Shown here piece after piece: positions 17,209 through 26,089 of a DNA stretch of 32,902 nt. The notes under the pieces are model-generated. The model was given only the letters and a program-made list of their open reading frames with translations. It was not told the DNA's origin and did no database searches. Source of the stretch: Phycisphaerae bacterium (lineage in GTDB: Bacteria > Planctomycetota > Phycisphaerae > SM23-33); NCBI GenBank assembly GCA_022866005.1, contig JALHTV010000012.1, positions 1-32,902 on the forward strand, read 5' to 3'. Position numbers and translations under genes: made by a program. Within the stretch, counting starts at the first letter, position 1; each line of letters begins with the position of its first letter.

Positions 17209-18402
17209 CTACGCACCCTCGCCGCCCACACCGCGCTGCCGTCGGCGGAAGACCCAGAGGTGGGAGAGGGTAAAGTTGAACAGCAGCCCCGCCAGGATGC
17301 CGACGATGGCCGCGGCCAGCAAGTGGGCCTTGAAGAACGCCGCCTTGCTGGGCAGGAAACAACTGATAAACCAGTTGATCCCGGCTCCCACGCTACACGC
17401 GCTGACGAACCTCCAATACTGCGCCCAGACCCTTCCACCGCGCATGTGGCTGTACGTCACGCGCCGATTGAAAAAGAAATTCCACGTCATGGCCACCAAG
17501 ATGGCCAGGGCGCGGGCAGCGTATATCATCAGTTTGTGGGTAGCTTCCGTCGCCGACATCGCTCGGGCCAGAGGATGGGCCCCCAGGTCTAGCAGCAGTG
17601 CGTAGGCGGACAGGTCCACGACTGCCCCCGTCCCGCCGACCAGGCAGAACTGAAACAGCCTGGAGAACCAGCCATACTTGTAGTCCGCCAGGCGCTTGAT
17701 GTGCTTGAGGTAGTTGACCTGCTCCTTGAGGCTGAGCTTGCTCTGGCCGAACTTGCGGTTGGCGAAGTGGATGGGCACCTCGCGGATGTCCTTGCAGCCG
17801 CACTTGACGATCAGCTCCAGGGCGATCTTGTAGCCGATGGGGTTAAGGGCCGCCGCGCGATGGAAGACCGCCCGGGGCAACGCGAAAAACCCTGCCATCG
17901 GGTCGCGGGCCTTGGTGAACGGCCAGGCCAGTAGCGTGGCCACCTTGCTATTGACCCAGCGGAACAGTCCCCAGCCCTCATCCGTGCTGGCCCCCGGGAC
18001 ATAGCGGCTGCCGATGGCAAAGTCCGCGCCCCCGGCCAGGCAGTCCAGCAGCGCGGGGATGGCCTCGGGCGGGTGACTAAGGTCGGCGTCCATGCAGACC
18101 AGGGTGTCGCCGATAGCCCGGCCGAAGCCATCGATGACGGCCGAGCTGAGGCCGCGCACACCCACGCGAGTAATCAGGCGAACCGGCAGCCCCTCGGCGG
18201 CCAGCTCGGCGATCACCTGGTCGCTGCCGTCACGGCTGTCGTCGTCGACGATGATCACCTCCCAGGATCGCCCCAGCGCGGGCATCACCTGGCGGATGCG
18301 GTCGACCAGTGGGCGGAGGTTCTCGGCCTCCCGGTACGTCGGCACGATGATCGACACCGCGTCGCCGCGCCCGGGGGACCTGGAGGGAAAGGAGGATGAC
18401 AT
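17209..18402 (-). CDS. GT2 polyprenol-phosphate glycosyltransferase (DPM1/GtrB/CsbB-like) fused to a C-terminal GtrA-like 4-TM domain
   Basis: GT2 motifs: IIVPTYREAENL, VIIVDDDSRDGS, CMDADLSHPP. The C-terminal segments FCLVGGTGAVVDLSAYALL ... NFFFNRRVTY ... FNFTLSHLWVF are GtrA-like. Confidence 0.85.
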   Translation of the reverse strand: MSSSFPSRSPGRGDAVSIIVPTYREAENLRPLVDRIRQVMPALGRSWEVIIVDDDSRDGSDQVIAELAAEGLPVRLITRVGVRGLSSAVIDGFGRAIGDTLVCMDADLSHPPEAIPALLDCLAGGADFAIGSRYVPGASTDEGWGLFRWVNSKVATLLAWPFTKARDPMAGFFALPRAVFHRAAALNPIGYKIALELIVKCGCKDIREVPIHFANRKFGQSKLSLKEQVNYLKHIKRLADYKYGWFSRLFQFCLVGGTGAVVDLSAYALLLDLGAHPLARAMSATEATHKLMIYAARALAILVAMTWNFFFNRRVTYSHMRGGRVWAQYWRFVSACSVGAGINWFISCFLPSKAAFFKAHLLAAAIVGILAGLLFNFTLSHLWVFRRRQRGVGGEGA

Positions 18403-18425
18403 GAGTGAGCTTCCTGTCCTTGTGC

Positions 18426-20966
18426 CTAGGGCGCCGTCTCGACAGCGCTAAACGGTTTATGCGACTGATACAGTTCCAGCCTGCTCCTGAGGCCGTCAAG
18501 GACCTGCTGGCTGGCCTTTCCGGTCACCAGCTCCAGGACCCGCCGCTGGACCTTGGCCGCTTCGTCAAACCGGCCGGCCTCGCTGTAGACCATGGCCAGT
18601 GTCTCCATCGCCCGGGGATCTTCGTACTTCGTGGTCTGGCACGCCGCCTCAGCCAGCGTGACGGCCTGGGAGACGTTGCGATCGCTGCCGCTGCGCGGGT
18701 GGGCCAGGAGTCTCGCCAGGTCGCACTGGGCCTGCGTCCAGTTGGGTTGGAGCTCCAGGACCTTGCGATACTCGGCAATGGCCTGGGCAGTCTGCCCCGA
18801 GCGGAGCAGCGCCAAGGCGAGATTCCCCCGACCCTCCGCATGGGACGGATCAGCCTGCACGACCACCCCCAGGTGCGTGGCGGCCTCCCTGTCTCGGCCC
18901 ATTTCCAGCAGCAGCAGGCCCAGGCGGTAGCGCGCCTCCAGGTTGCCCGGGGCGGACAGCACCGCTTGGGTGATCAAGTCAAGCGCGTCGTCGCGATGCC
19001 CTCGCTCCTGGGCGATCAGGCCTATCTGCGTGAGCACGGGCGCCGCGTTGTTCTGAAGGCGCAGGGCCTCCTGGAAGTCGGCCAGGGCCTCGTCGGCCCT
19101 GCCCAGGGCCTTGCGGTACAGGCCCCGGCGGTACCACAGCTCGACGTAACTGGGTGCGACTCGAAGGGCCTCGGTGAGCTGCGCCACGGAGTCTTCAGGG
19201 CGCCCGGCCATCGCGAGCGTCTCGGCATAGGCGAGGTAGAAGCTGGGCGCAGGCTGCGGGTGGATGGACCGGGCCTCTTCGGCCCACTTCAGCGCCTCGG
19301 AGAGGCTGCCCTTGGTCCGGTAAGCCAGGCTGAGGTTCATGGCGGCTTGGGGGTTCTGCCGATCGCTCGCCTTCTGCACCGCGCGCTGGAGGTAGGAGAT
19401 AGCCTCGTCGAGCCGACCCAGGTTCATCAAGGTCAGCCCGGCGTTGTTCTGCGCCGCGTCGTCGGTGGGGCGCAGCTCCGTGGCCTTGAGCAGATGCACC
19501 AGGGCCTCCTCCATCACGCCGCGTCGCGTCTGGGGGTCCGTCTCGTCCATGGCCGTCTCCGCCAGCGTGGTGCCCAGGTTGTACTGGCCCATCCAGGCCT
19601 TGGGGTTCTTCGGCAGGTTGTAGCGCCACAGCACGATCTGGTCGTGGTACACGAGTGTCTGGTTCCACGTGAGCACACCCAGCGCCCCCACCACGACTGC
19701 CCCGGCGGCTATCCCGCCCCAACGAAGGGTGCGGCCCCGTCGCTGGAACGCCCACGTGCCCACCCCGACGACCAGCGCAATCACGCCGATGATCGACAGG
19801 TGCTGCCAGTGGTCGGCCACCAGCGAGTGCACGAAGAAGTACATGTCAAAGAAGCCCAACGTCGGGAGCAACAACACCAAAAAGTACCCCAGGGCAAAGA
19901 TCAGGTGCCTGGCCCAGGCCCTCCGGTGCAGGCACAGCAACACCACCGCCGAGGCGACCAGCACCACACCCGGAAGGAACCACGCCAGGGAACCGGTATG
20001 AATGTCCCAGCGCGGGTAGATCATCAACAGGTTCAGCGGCAGCAGCGCCTTGTACAGGTAGAACCACGGCACCGAACCCGCCATGGCCAGCCGCCACCAG
20101 ATCGTGCCCTCCCCGGGCAGGTAGATCTCCTCACCGCGGATCACGCGGTGTATCTGGAAGATGACGATCAGCCAGGACGCCGCCGCGCCCAGGAGGAAGA
20201 ACGGTACCGTCCGCACGAGGTCGGCCAGAATGTATCGCCACCCCCGCGCGTCCGGGCGAACGTGGGGCTGGCCGTCGCTACCCCACTGCCACGTGCCCAC
20301 CAGATGGTCCAAAATCCCCGGCGCAGAGGCCTGGCCGCGTCCCCGCCGCCACCAGGCCCCCAGCAACAACACCACCGGCAGCGTCACCACCGAGGCCTTG
20401 GACAGCAGGGCAAGCACGAACATCACTAAGGCCAGCACGTACCAGTACCACCGCCGCCAGCGGTCAAATTTGAAATAGAACAGCAGCGTCAGCAGGAAGA
20501 AGATGATGGACACGGTGTTCTTGCGCTCGCTCACCCAGGCCACCGAACAGACGTTGACCGGATGCACCGCGAAGATCAGCCCTGCCAGGAACGCCCCCGG
20601 GACCGACAGCCCCACCAGCACCCGCCACACCAGCACCGCGGAGATCGCGTGCATCACGCAGTTGCTCACGTGGTAGGCCGGAGGATAGTCACCCCACAGC
20701 CGCCACTCCAACCACAGCGTGCTCCAGGTGATCGGATAGTAGTCCGGCACCGTGTCGCCCAGGTCGGCGTCCGTCCAGGGGAACCAGAAGATCCGCAGCC
20801 CGTCTGGACGCTGCATGACCACGTACTGAGTGATCAGGAGGTTGTCGTCCCAGATCCACCTGGACTGCATCGCGGGGATGTAGACGAACATGGCCGCCAG
20901 GAAGATGACGGCGGCCCGCAGGGAAAAACCCTTCCAGTCCCTCCTGCGGGCGGGTGAGTCGGTCAT
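18426..20966 (-). CDS. GT-C fold glycosyltransferase (TMTC/PMT_2/DUF1736-like membrane domain) with C-terminal TPR repeats
   Basis: N-terminal multi-TM domain with a WDD first-loop motif and FAVHPVNVCSVAWVSERKN. The C-terminal ~400 aa hold repeated TPR-like units (A..Y..AL...P....A...LG). ATG 20966 is preferred over TTG 21017. Confidence 0.8.
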   Translation of the reverse strand: MTDSPARRRDWKGFSLRAAVIFLAAMFVYIPAMQSRWIWDDNLLITQYVVMQRPDGLRIFWFPWTDADLGDTVPDYYPITWSTLWLEWRLWGDYPPAYHVSNCVMHAISAVLVWRVLVGLSVPGAFLAGLIFAVHPVNVCSVAWVSERKNTVSIIFFLLTLLFYFKFDRWRRWYWYVLALVMFVLALLSKASVVTLPVVLLLGAWWRRGRGQASAPGILDHLVGTWQWGSDGQPHVRPDARGWRYILADLVRTVPFFLLGAAASWLIVIFQIHRVIRGEEIYLPGEGTIWWRLAMAGSVPWFYLYKALLPLNLLMIYPRWDIHTGSLAWFLPGVVLVASAVVLLCLHRRAWARHLIFALGYFLVLLLPTLGFFDMYFFVHSLVADHWQHLSIIGVIALVVGVGTWAFQRRGRTLRWGGIAAGAVVVGALGVLTWNQTLVYHDQIVLWRYNLPKNPKAWMGQYNLGTTLAETAMDETDPQTRRGVMEEALVHLLKATELRPTDDAAQNNAGLTLMNLGRLDEAISYLQRAVQKASDRQNPQAAMNLSLAYRTKGSLSEALKWAEEARSIHPQPAPSFYLAYAETLAMAGRPEDSVAQLTEALRVAPSYVELWYRRGLYRKALGRADEALADFQEALRLQNNAAPVLTQIGLIAQERGHRDDALDLITQAVLSAPGNLEARYRLGLLLLEMGRDREAATHLGVVVQADPSHAEGRGNLALALLRSGQTAQAIAEYRKVLELQPNWTQAQCDLARLLAHPRSGSDRNVSQAVTLAEAACQTTKYEDPRAMETLAMVYSEAGRFDEAAKVQRRVLELVTGKASQQVLDGLRSRLELYQSHKPFSAVETAP

Positions 20967-21081
20967 CTCACCGCTGATGCTACCGGTCACCAAGGCCTCC
21001 TCAGCACGACGCTGCAAGTACCTATTCTATCTAGACGTCGGCCAAACGCTGGAGGTTTTCGCAGTTTCCTCCGCACCCCTT

Positions 21082-21762
21082 TCACCGGGGCAGCGTGTCG
21101 ATCACAGCGGCCGCTATCGCCAGGTCGGCGGCGGTGGTGATCTTGATGTTCCGCACGTCGCCGGGCACCACCGAGACCTCCCGGCCGGTCGCCTCCACCA
21201 GACGCGCGTCGTCGGTGGCCTCGGCGCCTGTGGCGTAGGCCGCCAGCAGCCAGTCGCGCCGAAAGACCTGGGGCGTCTGGGCCTCCCAGGCCTCCGCCCG
21301 CGGCAGGGTTCCCTGGACAACCCCGGCGGGCGAGACGCGCTTCAGCGTCCCGTGCACCGGGCAAGCCAGGATGGCTGCGCCGGCCCGCTGGGCCTGGGCA
21401 AAGACCGCGTCCACCCACAGCGGGCTGACGCACGGCCGGACTGCGTCATGCACACAGACCAGCTCGGCCTGATCGCTGAGGTGCGCCAGGGCGTTGCGAA
21501 CGGACTCACTCCGCGTGGCCCCGCCGGCCACCACGGTCACACCCATCGAGTCCAACTGCGAACCGAAGCGGCGCCTGACCTCGTGCAGGTTACCCGGGGC
21601 CACCACCAGCAGCACCTGGCAGACATCCCGTCGCGTGACAAAGACCTCCAGCGTGCGGATGAAGACCGGCCGGCCATTCAGCGGCTGGAAGATCTTGCCG
21701 CCCGCGGCGACGAACCGTTTCCCCGCCCCGGCGCCGGGCACGATCACCGATACTTTGGCCAT
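21082..21762 (-). CDS. ispD: 2-C-methyl-D-erythritol 4-phosphate cytidylyltransferase
   Basis: VIVPGAGAGKRF, VCVHDAVRP and EAQTPQ motifs. 226 aa. Confidence 0.9.
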   Translation of the reverse strand: MAKVSVIVPGAGAGKRFVAAGGKIFQPLNGRPVFIRTLEVFVTRRDVCQVLLVVAPGNLHEVRRRFGSQLDSMGVTVVAGGATRSESVRNALAHLSDQAELVCVHDAVRPCVSPLWVDAVFAQAQRAGAAILACPVHGTLKRVSPAGVVQGTLPRAEAWEAQTPQVFRRDWLLAAYATGAEATDDARLVEATGREVSVVPGDVRNIKITTAADLAIAAAVIDTLPR

Positions 21763-21872
21763 ACGCGATGTCTCGCAAGGTGGCGCAACGTCCATCGTAC
21801 CGCCCCGGGCGCAGGGTGGCAACACGACTGCACGCTCGTGACCACCCCGGCACAGGTCGGTCCACGAGAAAG

Positions 21873-21892
21873 CCCCCGCCGTCAGGCGGGGG
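21873..21892 (-). terminator. hairpin CCCCCGCC-tgac-GGCGGGGG followed by CTTTCT on the minus strand
   Basis: An 8-bp perfect GC stem ~80 nt downstream of the YfhO-like stop. The trailing T-rich stretch is only modest. Confidence 0.45.
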
Positions 21893-21920
21893 ATGGTGCG
21901 CCACGCAATGGGACTATTAT

Positions 21921-21960
21921 CCCCGTGCCTGCCTGCCGGCAGGCAGGCTGACGCACGGGG
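21921..21960 (-). terminator. long bulged GC hairpin (8 + 9 bp stems, 6-nt bulge) 11 nt after the YfhO-like stop
   Basis: CCCCGTGC (21921-28) pairs with GCACGGGG (21953-60). CTGCCTGCC (21929-37) pairs with GGCAGGCAG (21938-46). No U-tract, so it may be a REP-like or stabiliser element rather than a terminator. Confidence 0.35.
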
Positions 21961-21971
21961 CTTCTCACCGC

Positions 21972-24380
21972 TCAGGACCTGGGGACCTTGCGGGGGTTGA
22001 CGTAGGTCACCGCCCCCTGCGCGGCGGGCTTGCCCCTGCCGCCCCAGGCGCGCCTGCGGACCAGGTGCAGGACCAGCACCGCTAAGGTCACCGCGACCGC
22101 AACCAGCGACACCCACCGGCCGATGAGGAAGCCGCTCGGTCGGTACTCCAGACAGATCCGATGCCGCCCGGCCCCCAGCGGAATGGCCCGCAGGCAGTAG
22201 TTGGCCGGCATGACCGTGTACTCCCGCTGACTGCTGCCGGGCAGGGCGCGGGCGCGCCAGGACTTGCTGTAGGCGTCGGTCACCAGCAGGATGGCGGGGG
22301 CCGAAAGCTCCGCCTCGATGGTCATCGCGTCGGTGGACGACTGGACCACCCTGGCCCTGCCAGGGTCGGGCACACCGGCAGGGGCGATGGCGGGCGGCCG
22401 CTCCAGGATCACGGTCGCTCGGGGATCGAAGTCGGTGGCGCTCATGGCGTCGAACACCGCCTCGCGGCTGGGGCACACCTGGAAGCTGCCGACCAGGTGC
22501 AGCCGGCCCATCGGCTCGACTGCCACCAGGCCGTCGGGGAGCAGGACGCACCGGCAGCGCAGCATGGCAAACAGGCCGTGCGGGCGCAGGGCGCCGACGT
22601 GCTGGAAGAAGTCGGCATCTTCGATAGGCCAACCCTGCGTGAAGTAGATGAACTGCATGTAGCGGCGGAGGACAAATGAGTCGTAGCCCCACAGGTCGGC
22701 CCCATCGACGGCCATCGCCAGGTTCGGCAGGAAGGGGTTGAGCGTCCGCGTGTCATCCCCGCGGCCTTGGACATACGGCTGGAGCGCCTGCGGAAGCCCC
22801 GCCCCGAGCTGGAACGTGGGCCGCTGGGTAAAGCGGGCAAAGACGATTAGCTCCACCATCGCCAGCCCCGCCACCAGGAACCCTGCACGCGGCCAGAGGC
22901 GCGCCAGGAACAGCACCAGCGCCAGCGCCACGGCCGTCCCCGCGGCGATCCACAGAGACTCCGCGGCGAAGGTCCCTGCCTGGCGCATGAAGTCGGGGTC
23001 GCTGAAGATGGCCTTCGGCTGCCAAGATTCACCCGTCCGGCGCATGGCCGCAAGGATGTTGTGCCAGGCGGTTCCCTCCCCCTCCGGCGACAACCCCCCC
23101 AAGTACATCACGACCCCCGCCACCGCCAGCGCGAGGGCGAGGATTAGCACAATCGCCACTGAGCCGAGCACGAAGCGCCCGCGGGAAACCAGGGCCTGCA
23201 AGCCCAGCCCACAAAGCATCGCCAGAAACAGCGTCGCGGGGTACAGGAACCGGGAACTGTTGCGGAAGTGATCGAACCCCGGCACGTAATCGTGCGTCAG
23301 GCGAAAGAGCGCCGGAATGTACGCGCCCATGGCCAGGACCAGCGCGACGGCCACGATCAGCACGGAGAATCGTCGCTTCTCCGCCGGGGCCGCCAGGACG
23401 GCGTAGACCGCCAGGAACAGCCCCGCGATGCCGATGAACGGCTGCACCTCCCACAGGAACCACCGCCCCCAGTAGGTCATCTCCTCGGTCCCGCCGAACA
23501 TCATCGGGGCCAGGAAGCACACGAAGTTCTCCGGCGGGAAGGAGTATTGGGCGGCCTTGTCCAGCGCCATCCCACCGCTGCGGAGTGTCTCGGCCGACTC
23601 GCTCAACGTCGTCAGCAGCTGCACCGCCGCCAGCGCCGCGGCGCCGAGGAACATCGCCGCGATGCCCCCCACCGACACCCACCGCCGCCTCGCCCGGAAG
23701 ACCAGGTTCAGCGCCCCATACAGGCCCGCCGTCACCGCCGTGTAGAAGAAGTACTGCGGATGGCCGGCCAGCACCTGCATCGCGACCGCCAGCGCCCCCA
23801 GCAGCGCCCAGCCCAGCCCCGGCCGATCGATCAGACCGTCGACGGCCAGCAGCACCAGCGGCGCCCAGGCGAGGGTGCACAGGTGCGGCAGGTGCCCGGG
23901 CATCACCTGCATGAACACCGCCCCCGAGAGCATCAGCACCGCCCCCGCGACCGTCGCTGCCGCGGTCCCCAGCCCGCGATAGAACGCCCAGGCGTACATG
24001 AACACGCCCGTCAGCCACAGGTGGAGAACGAAGCTGAGATTCAGCGCCGTCACCAGCGGGCAAAAGACGAACAGCCAATTGGGTGGATACAGCAGCGCCG
24101 ACTGCGCCCCGCCGAAAAACGGGCACCCGCAGAAGATGTGCGGGTTCCACAGCGCCAGGTTGCCCGCCGCCAGCTCGGCAAAGCCAAACTGCCGCCAGTA
24201 GGCGAACTGCTTGTACGTATCGGACCACTGGCGCCCCAGGACCCGCGGGCGCGAGTCCAGCAGCACGTCGGCGAAGATCACCAGGACCAGCACCCCCAGC
24301 ACCGCCGCCGCCGTCCCGTGCGGGTGCAGGCGACCCCAGCGGGCGGGGGACTTGGCGGGGGAGGCTTGGGCCGTCTTCAT
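21972..24380 (-). CDS. YfhO-family polytopic membrane protein (GT-C-like glycosyltransferase)
   Basis: The N-terminal segment [47 protein letters not shown] matches the YfhO signature as I remember it (lWnPyifsG.Pf.an.qs..fyP). More than 12 hydrophobic helices are followed by a C-terminal soluble domain and a terminal TM. Confidence 0.65.
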   Translation of the reverse strand: MKTAQASPAKSPARWGRLHPHGTAAAVLGVLVLVIFADVLLDSRPRVLGRQWSDTYKQFAYWRQFGFAELAAGNLALWNPHIFCGCPFFGGAQSALLYPPNWLFVFCPLVTALNLSFVLHLWLTGVFMYAWAFYRGLGTAAATVAGAVLMLSGAVFMQVMPGHLPHLCTLAWAPLVLLAVDGLIDRPGLGWALLGALAVAMQVLAGHPQYFFYTAVTAGLYGALNLVFRARRRWVSVGGIAAMFLGAAALAAVQLLTTLSESAETLRSGGMALDKAAQYSFPPENFVCFLAPMMFGGTEEMTYWGRWFLWEVQPFIGIAGLFLAVYAVLAAPAEKRRFSVLIVAVALVLAMGAYIPALFRLTHDYVPGFDHFRNSSRFLYPATLFLAMLCGLGLQALVSRGRFVLGSVAIVLILALALAVAGVVMYLGGLSPEGEGTAWHNILAAMRRTGESWQPKAIFSDPDFMRQAGTFAAESLWIAAGTAVALALVLFLARLWPRAGFLVAGLAMVELIVFARFTQRPTFQLGAGLPQALQPYVQGRGDDTRTLNPFLPNLAMAVDGADLWGYDSFVLRRYMQFIYFTQGWPIEDADFFQHVGALRPHGLFAMLRCRCVLLPDGLVAVEPMGRLHLVGSFQVCPSREAVFDAMSATDFDPRATVILERPPAIAPAGVPDPGRARVVQSSTDAMTIEAELSAPAILLVTDAYSKSWRARALPGSSQREYTVMPANYCLRAIPLGAGRHRICLEYRPSGFLIGRWVSLVAVAVTLAVLVLHLVRRRAWGGRGKPAAQGAVTYVNPRKVPRS

Positions 24381-25081
24381 CGCCGGGGGGAAACCTTAAG
24401 GTCCAGGAAGTTGGCCAACAGCTTGTGGCCGACGTCCGTGAGGAAACTTTCCGGGTGGAACTGCACGCCTTCCGTCGGGGCCGAGCGGCTGCGGATGCCC
24501 ATCAGCTCGTGGCGGTCCTCGGTCCAGGCGGTCTGCTCGAAGTCCCTGTCCAGCCCCACGGGATCCACGATCAGGCTGTGATACCGCGTAGCCGTGAAGG
24601 GGTTGGGCAGGCCGGTGAAGATAGTCTTGCCGTCGTGGCAAATCTGGCTGGTCTTGCCGTGCATCAACCGATCGGCCCGGACGACCTTGCCGCCGAAGGC
24701 CTGGCCGATGGCCTGATGGCCCAGGCACACGCCCAGGATAGGTATGCGGCCGTGGAAATGGAGCACGTACTCGCAGCTCAGCCCGGCCTCGTTAGGCGTG
24801 CACGGACCGGGGGAGATGATCAGGTGCGTGGGGTGGAAGGTCTCCTGGGCCTGGGCGGGCGGCATGGCGTCGTTGCGGATGACCTGGATGTCCAACCCCA
24901 GCCCAAGCTCCCCCACGCGCTGGAGCAGGTTGTAGGTGAAGCTGTCGTAGTTGTCCAGCAACAGGATCACGGCGCCATCGTAGTAGGCCGACCCGAGGCG
25001 GTCAAGCCGCTCGCCTCGCTCGGGCGGCGTCGCGGAAGCCCCGTGCGTCAGCACGGGGATAACGCTCCCGCCGCGCGTCAT
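24377..25081 (-). CDS. class I glutamine amidotransferase, anthranilate/aminodeoxychorismate synthase component II. Alternative GTG start at 24960
   Basis: [21 protein letters not shown] (nucleophile Cys) and VQFHPES motifs. ATG 25081 overlaps the Nfu stop (ATGA), and its own stop overlaps the YfhO ATG (ATGA at 24377-24380). Confidence 0.85.
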   Translation of the reverse strand: MTRGGSVIPVLTHGASATPPERGERLDRLGSAYYDGAVILLLDNYDSFTYNLLQRVGELGLGLDIQVIRNDAMPPAQAQETFHPTHLIISPGPCTPNEAGLSCEYVLHFHGRIPILGVCLGHQAIGQAFGGKVVRADRLMHGKTSQICHDGKTIFTGLPNPFTATRYHSLIVDPVGLDRDFEQTAWTEDRHELMGIRSRSAPTEGVQFHPESFLTDVGHKLLANFLDLKVSPRR

Positions 25082-25368
25082 GTGATCCCCCGCCTGACGG
25101 CGGGGGCTGCCGAGCTGACGGCGACGACCTTCTGCACGGCGGGGACCTTCTCCCGCAGGTGGCGCTCGACGCCCATCGTCAGCGTCATCGCCGCCGACGG
25201 GCAGCCGCGGCAGGCGCCCTGGAGACGCACCGAGACCGTTCCGGTCGATTCGTCGACGTCGACCAGCTCGATGTCTCCACCGTCGGCCTGAAGGAGAGGA
25301 CGGATATGATCGACGACAGCCTGCACCTGCTGCCGCACGCTGGGGGGTGTGTTGTCGCGTTGTGGCAT
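25078..25368 (-). CDS. NifU C-terminal domain (Nfu-type) Fe-S cluster scaffold/carrier protein
   Basis: [19 protein letters not shown]...[17 protein letters not shown], including the CxxC motif. 96 aa from ATG 25368. Confidence 0.8.
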   Translation of the reverse strand: MPQRDNTPPSVRQQVQAVVDHIRPLLQADGGDIELVDVDESTGTVSVRLQGACRGCPSAAMTLTMGVERHLREKVPAVQKVVAVSSAAPAVRRGIT

Positions 25369-25665
25369 CTGGGCCTTTCCAGCGGTCGCGATTGGCCGCG
25401 ATTGCGCGTCTGGGCACTGGATTATAGCGTCCCCATCGGGGCGCTGCCGCGCCGAAACGGTGCGATTGCCCAACGCCGCCAAGGTCCTGATCGCACCATC
25501 CTGCGGTGCACCCGCCAGCACAGAAAGGCCCCGGCGACACCCCCGCAGCCAGGGCCAAACCACCTACTCGTCGCGTCCTGTCCCCTAACGTCGGGCCGGG
25601 GCACATCAGGCCGCGCAAAAGAGCATTGCCTGCCGTTTTGCCCGAGTTCCGCGGCCCCTGGCATT

Positions 25666-25674
25666 TGCCAACAC
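25666..25674 (+). repeat. TGCCAACAC, inverted copy of the tandem repeat at 25764-25783
   Basis: Exact reverse complement of GTGTTGGCA, read directly from the sequence. Confidence 0.6.
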
Positions 25675-25727
25675 AAATCAACAGCTTGTACGCCGAGAAT
25701 TCACAGCCCCCCATATATGGAATTCTC

Positions 25728-25756
25728 TTGACATGAGCCTGCACGTATGTTAGCAT
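25728..25756 (+). promoter_or_regulatory. sigma70-like promoter candidate TTGACA-17nt-TAGCAT facing nrdJ
   Basis: Perfect -35 TTGACA at 25728-25733 and TAGCAT at 25751-25756. The local sequence is AT-rich compared with the rest of the window. Confidence 0.4.
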
Positions 25757-25763
25757 TATGTTC

Positions 25764-25783
25764 GGTGTTGGCAGGTGTTGGCA
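25764..25783 (+). repeat. perfect tandem duplication GGTGTTGGCA x2
   Basis: Copies at 25764-25773 and 25774-25783 are identical. An inverted 9-mer copy lies at 25666-25674. Confidence 0.7.
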
Positions 25784-25833
25784 AGTAACAGGACTTGCGC
25801 ACAACCACCTTCGGGGCATGGCATTGCGCCGGA

Positions 25834-25881
25834 CAACAATATTTTGTGGTTTTACCTATTGACGACTGCTATATGTTGGGT
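25834..25881 (+). promoter_or_regulatory. two tandem NrdR-box-like operators, with centres 32 bp apart
   Basis: Box 1 at 25834-25849 is caaCaAtATtTtGtgg. Box 2 at 25866-25881 is ctgCtAtATgTtGggt. Against the published NrdR-box consensus acaCwAtATaTwGtgt they match 12/16 and 11/16, with the core CwAtAT.TwG kept. Box 2 sits between TTGACG (25859) and AACATT (25882). Confidence 0.55.
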
Positions 25882-26089
25882 AACATTCTGACTTCGGATC
25901 GCACGTCGGTCAGGCTAGCAGGTGAGGCCACGCCGGCTCGGCACAGTGAGGGCAACAGAGTACCCCACTGCATTGGCTGTGTGCTTGCCTGTTGTGCACG
26001 TCGTTATGGGAGTGAGTGGACGGCCCGTCCGCGGCGAGGTCTGGAGAACACGAGTCCTAGGTCCCTCCTTAGACGTTGGAGATGCACAT

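Noticed and set aside
26059-26081. Possible SD-sequestering hairpin CTCC-ttagacgtt-GGAG in front of the nrdJ start
   Set aside because: Only 4 bp can pair, which is too weak to call a regulatory structure without covariation data.
25890-26089. Possible cobalamin riboswitch in the ~200-nt nrdJ leader
   Set aside because: I could not find the B12-box (AGYCMGGAGACCKGCC-like) or the GGTG..AA.TCC / GCCACTG core arrangement; only a weak CCCACTG is present. B12 riboswitches usually repress B12-independent RNRs rather than nrdJ. An Infernal scan with RF00174 would settle it.
25922-26089. Longer nrdJ reading frame starting at 25922 (1066 aa)
   Set aside because: The extra 56 aa are Arg/Val/Cys-rich with no RNR similarity. 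The frame would overlap the NrdR-box/promoter region. ATG 26090 has a GGAG RBS at proper spacing.
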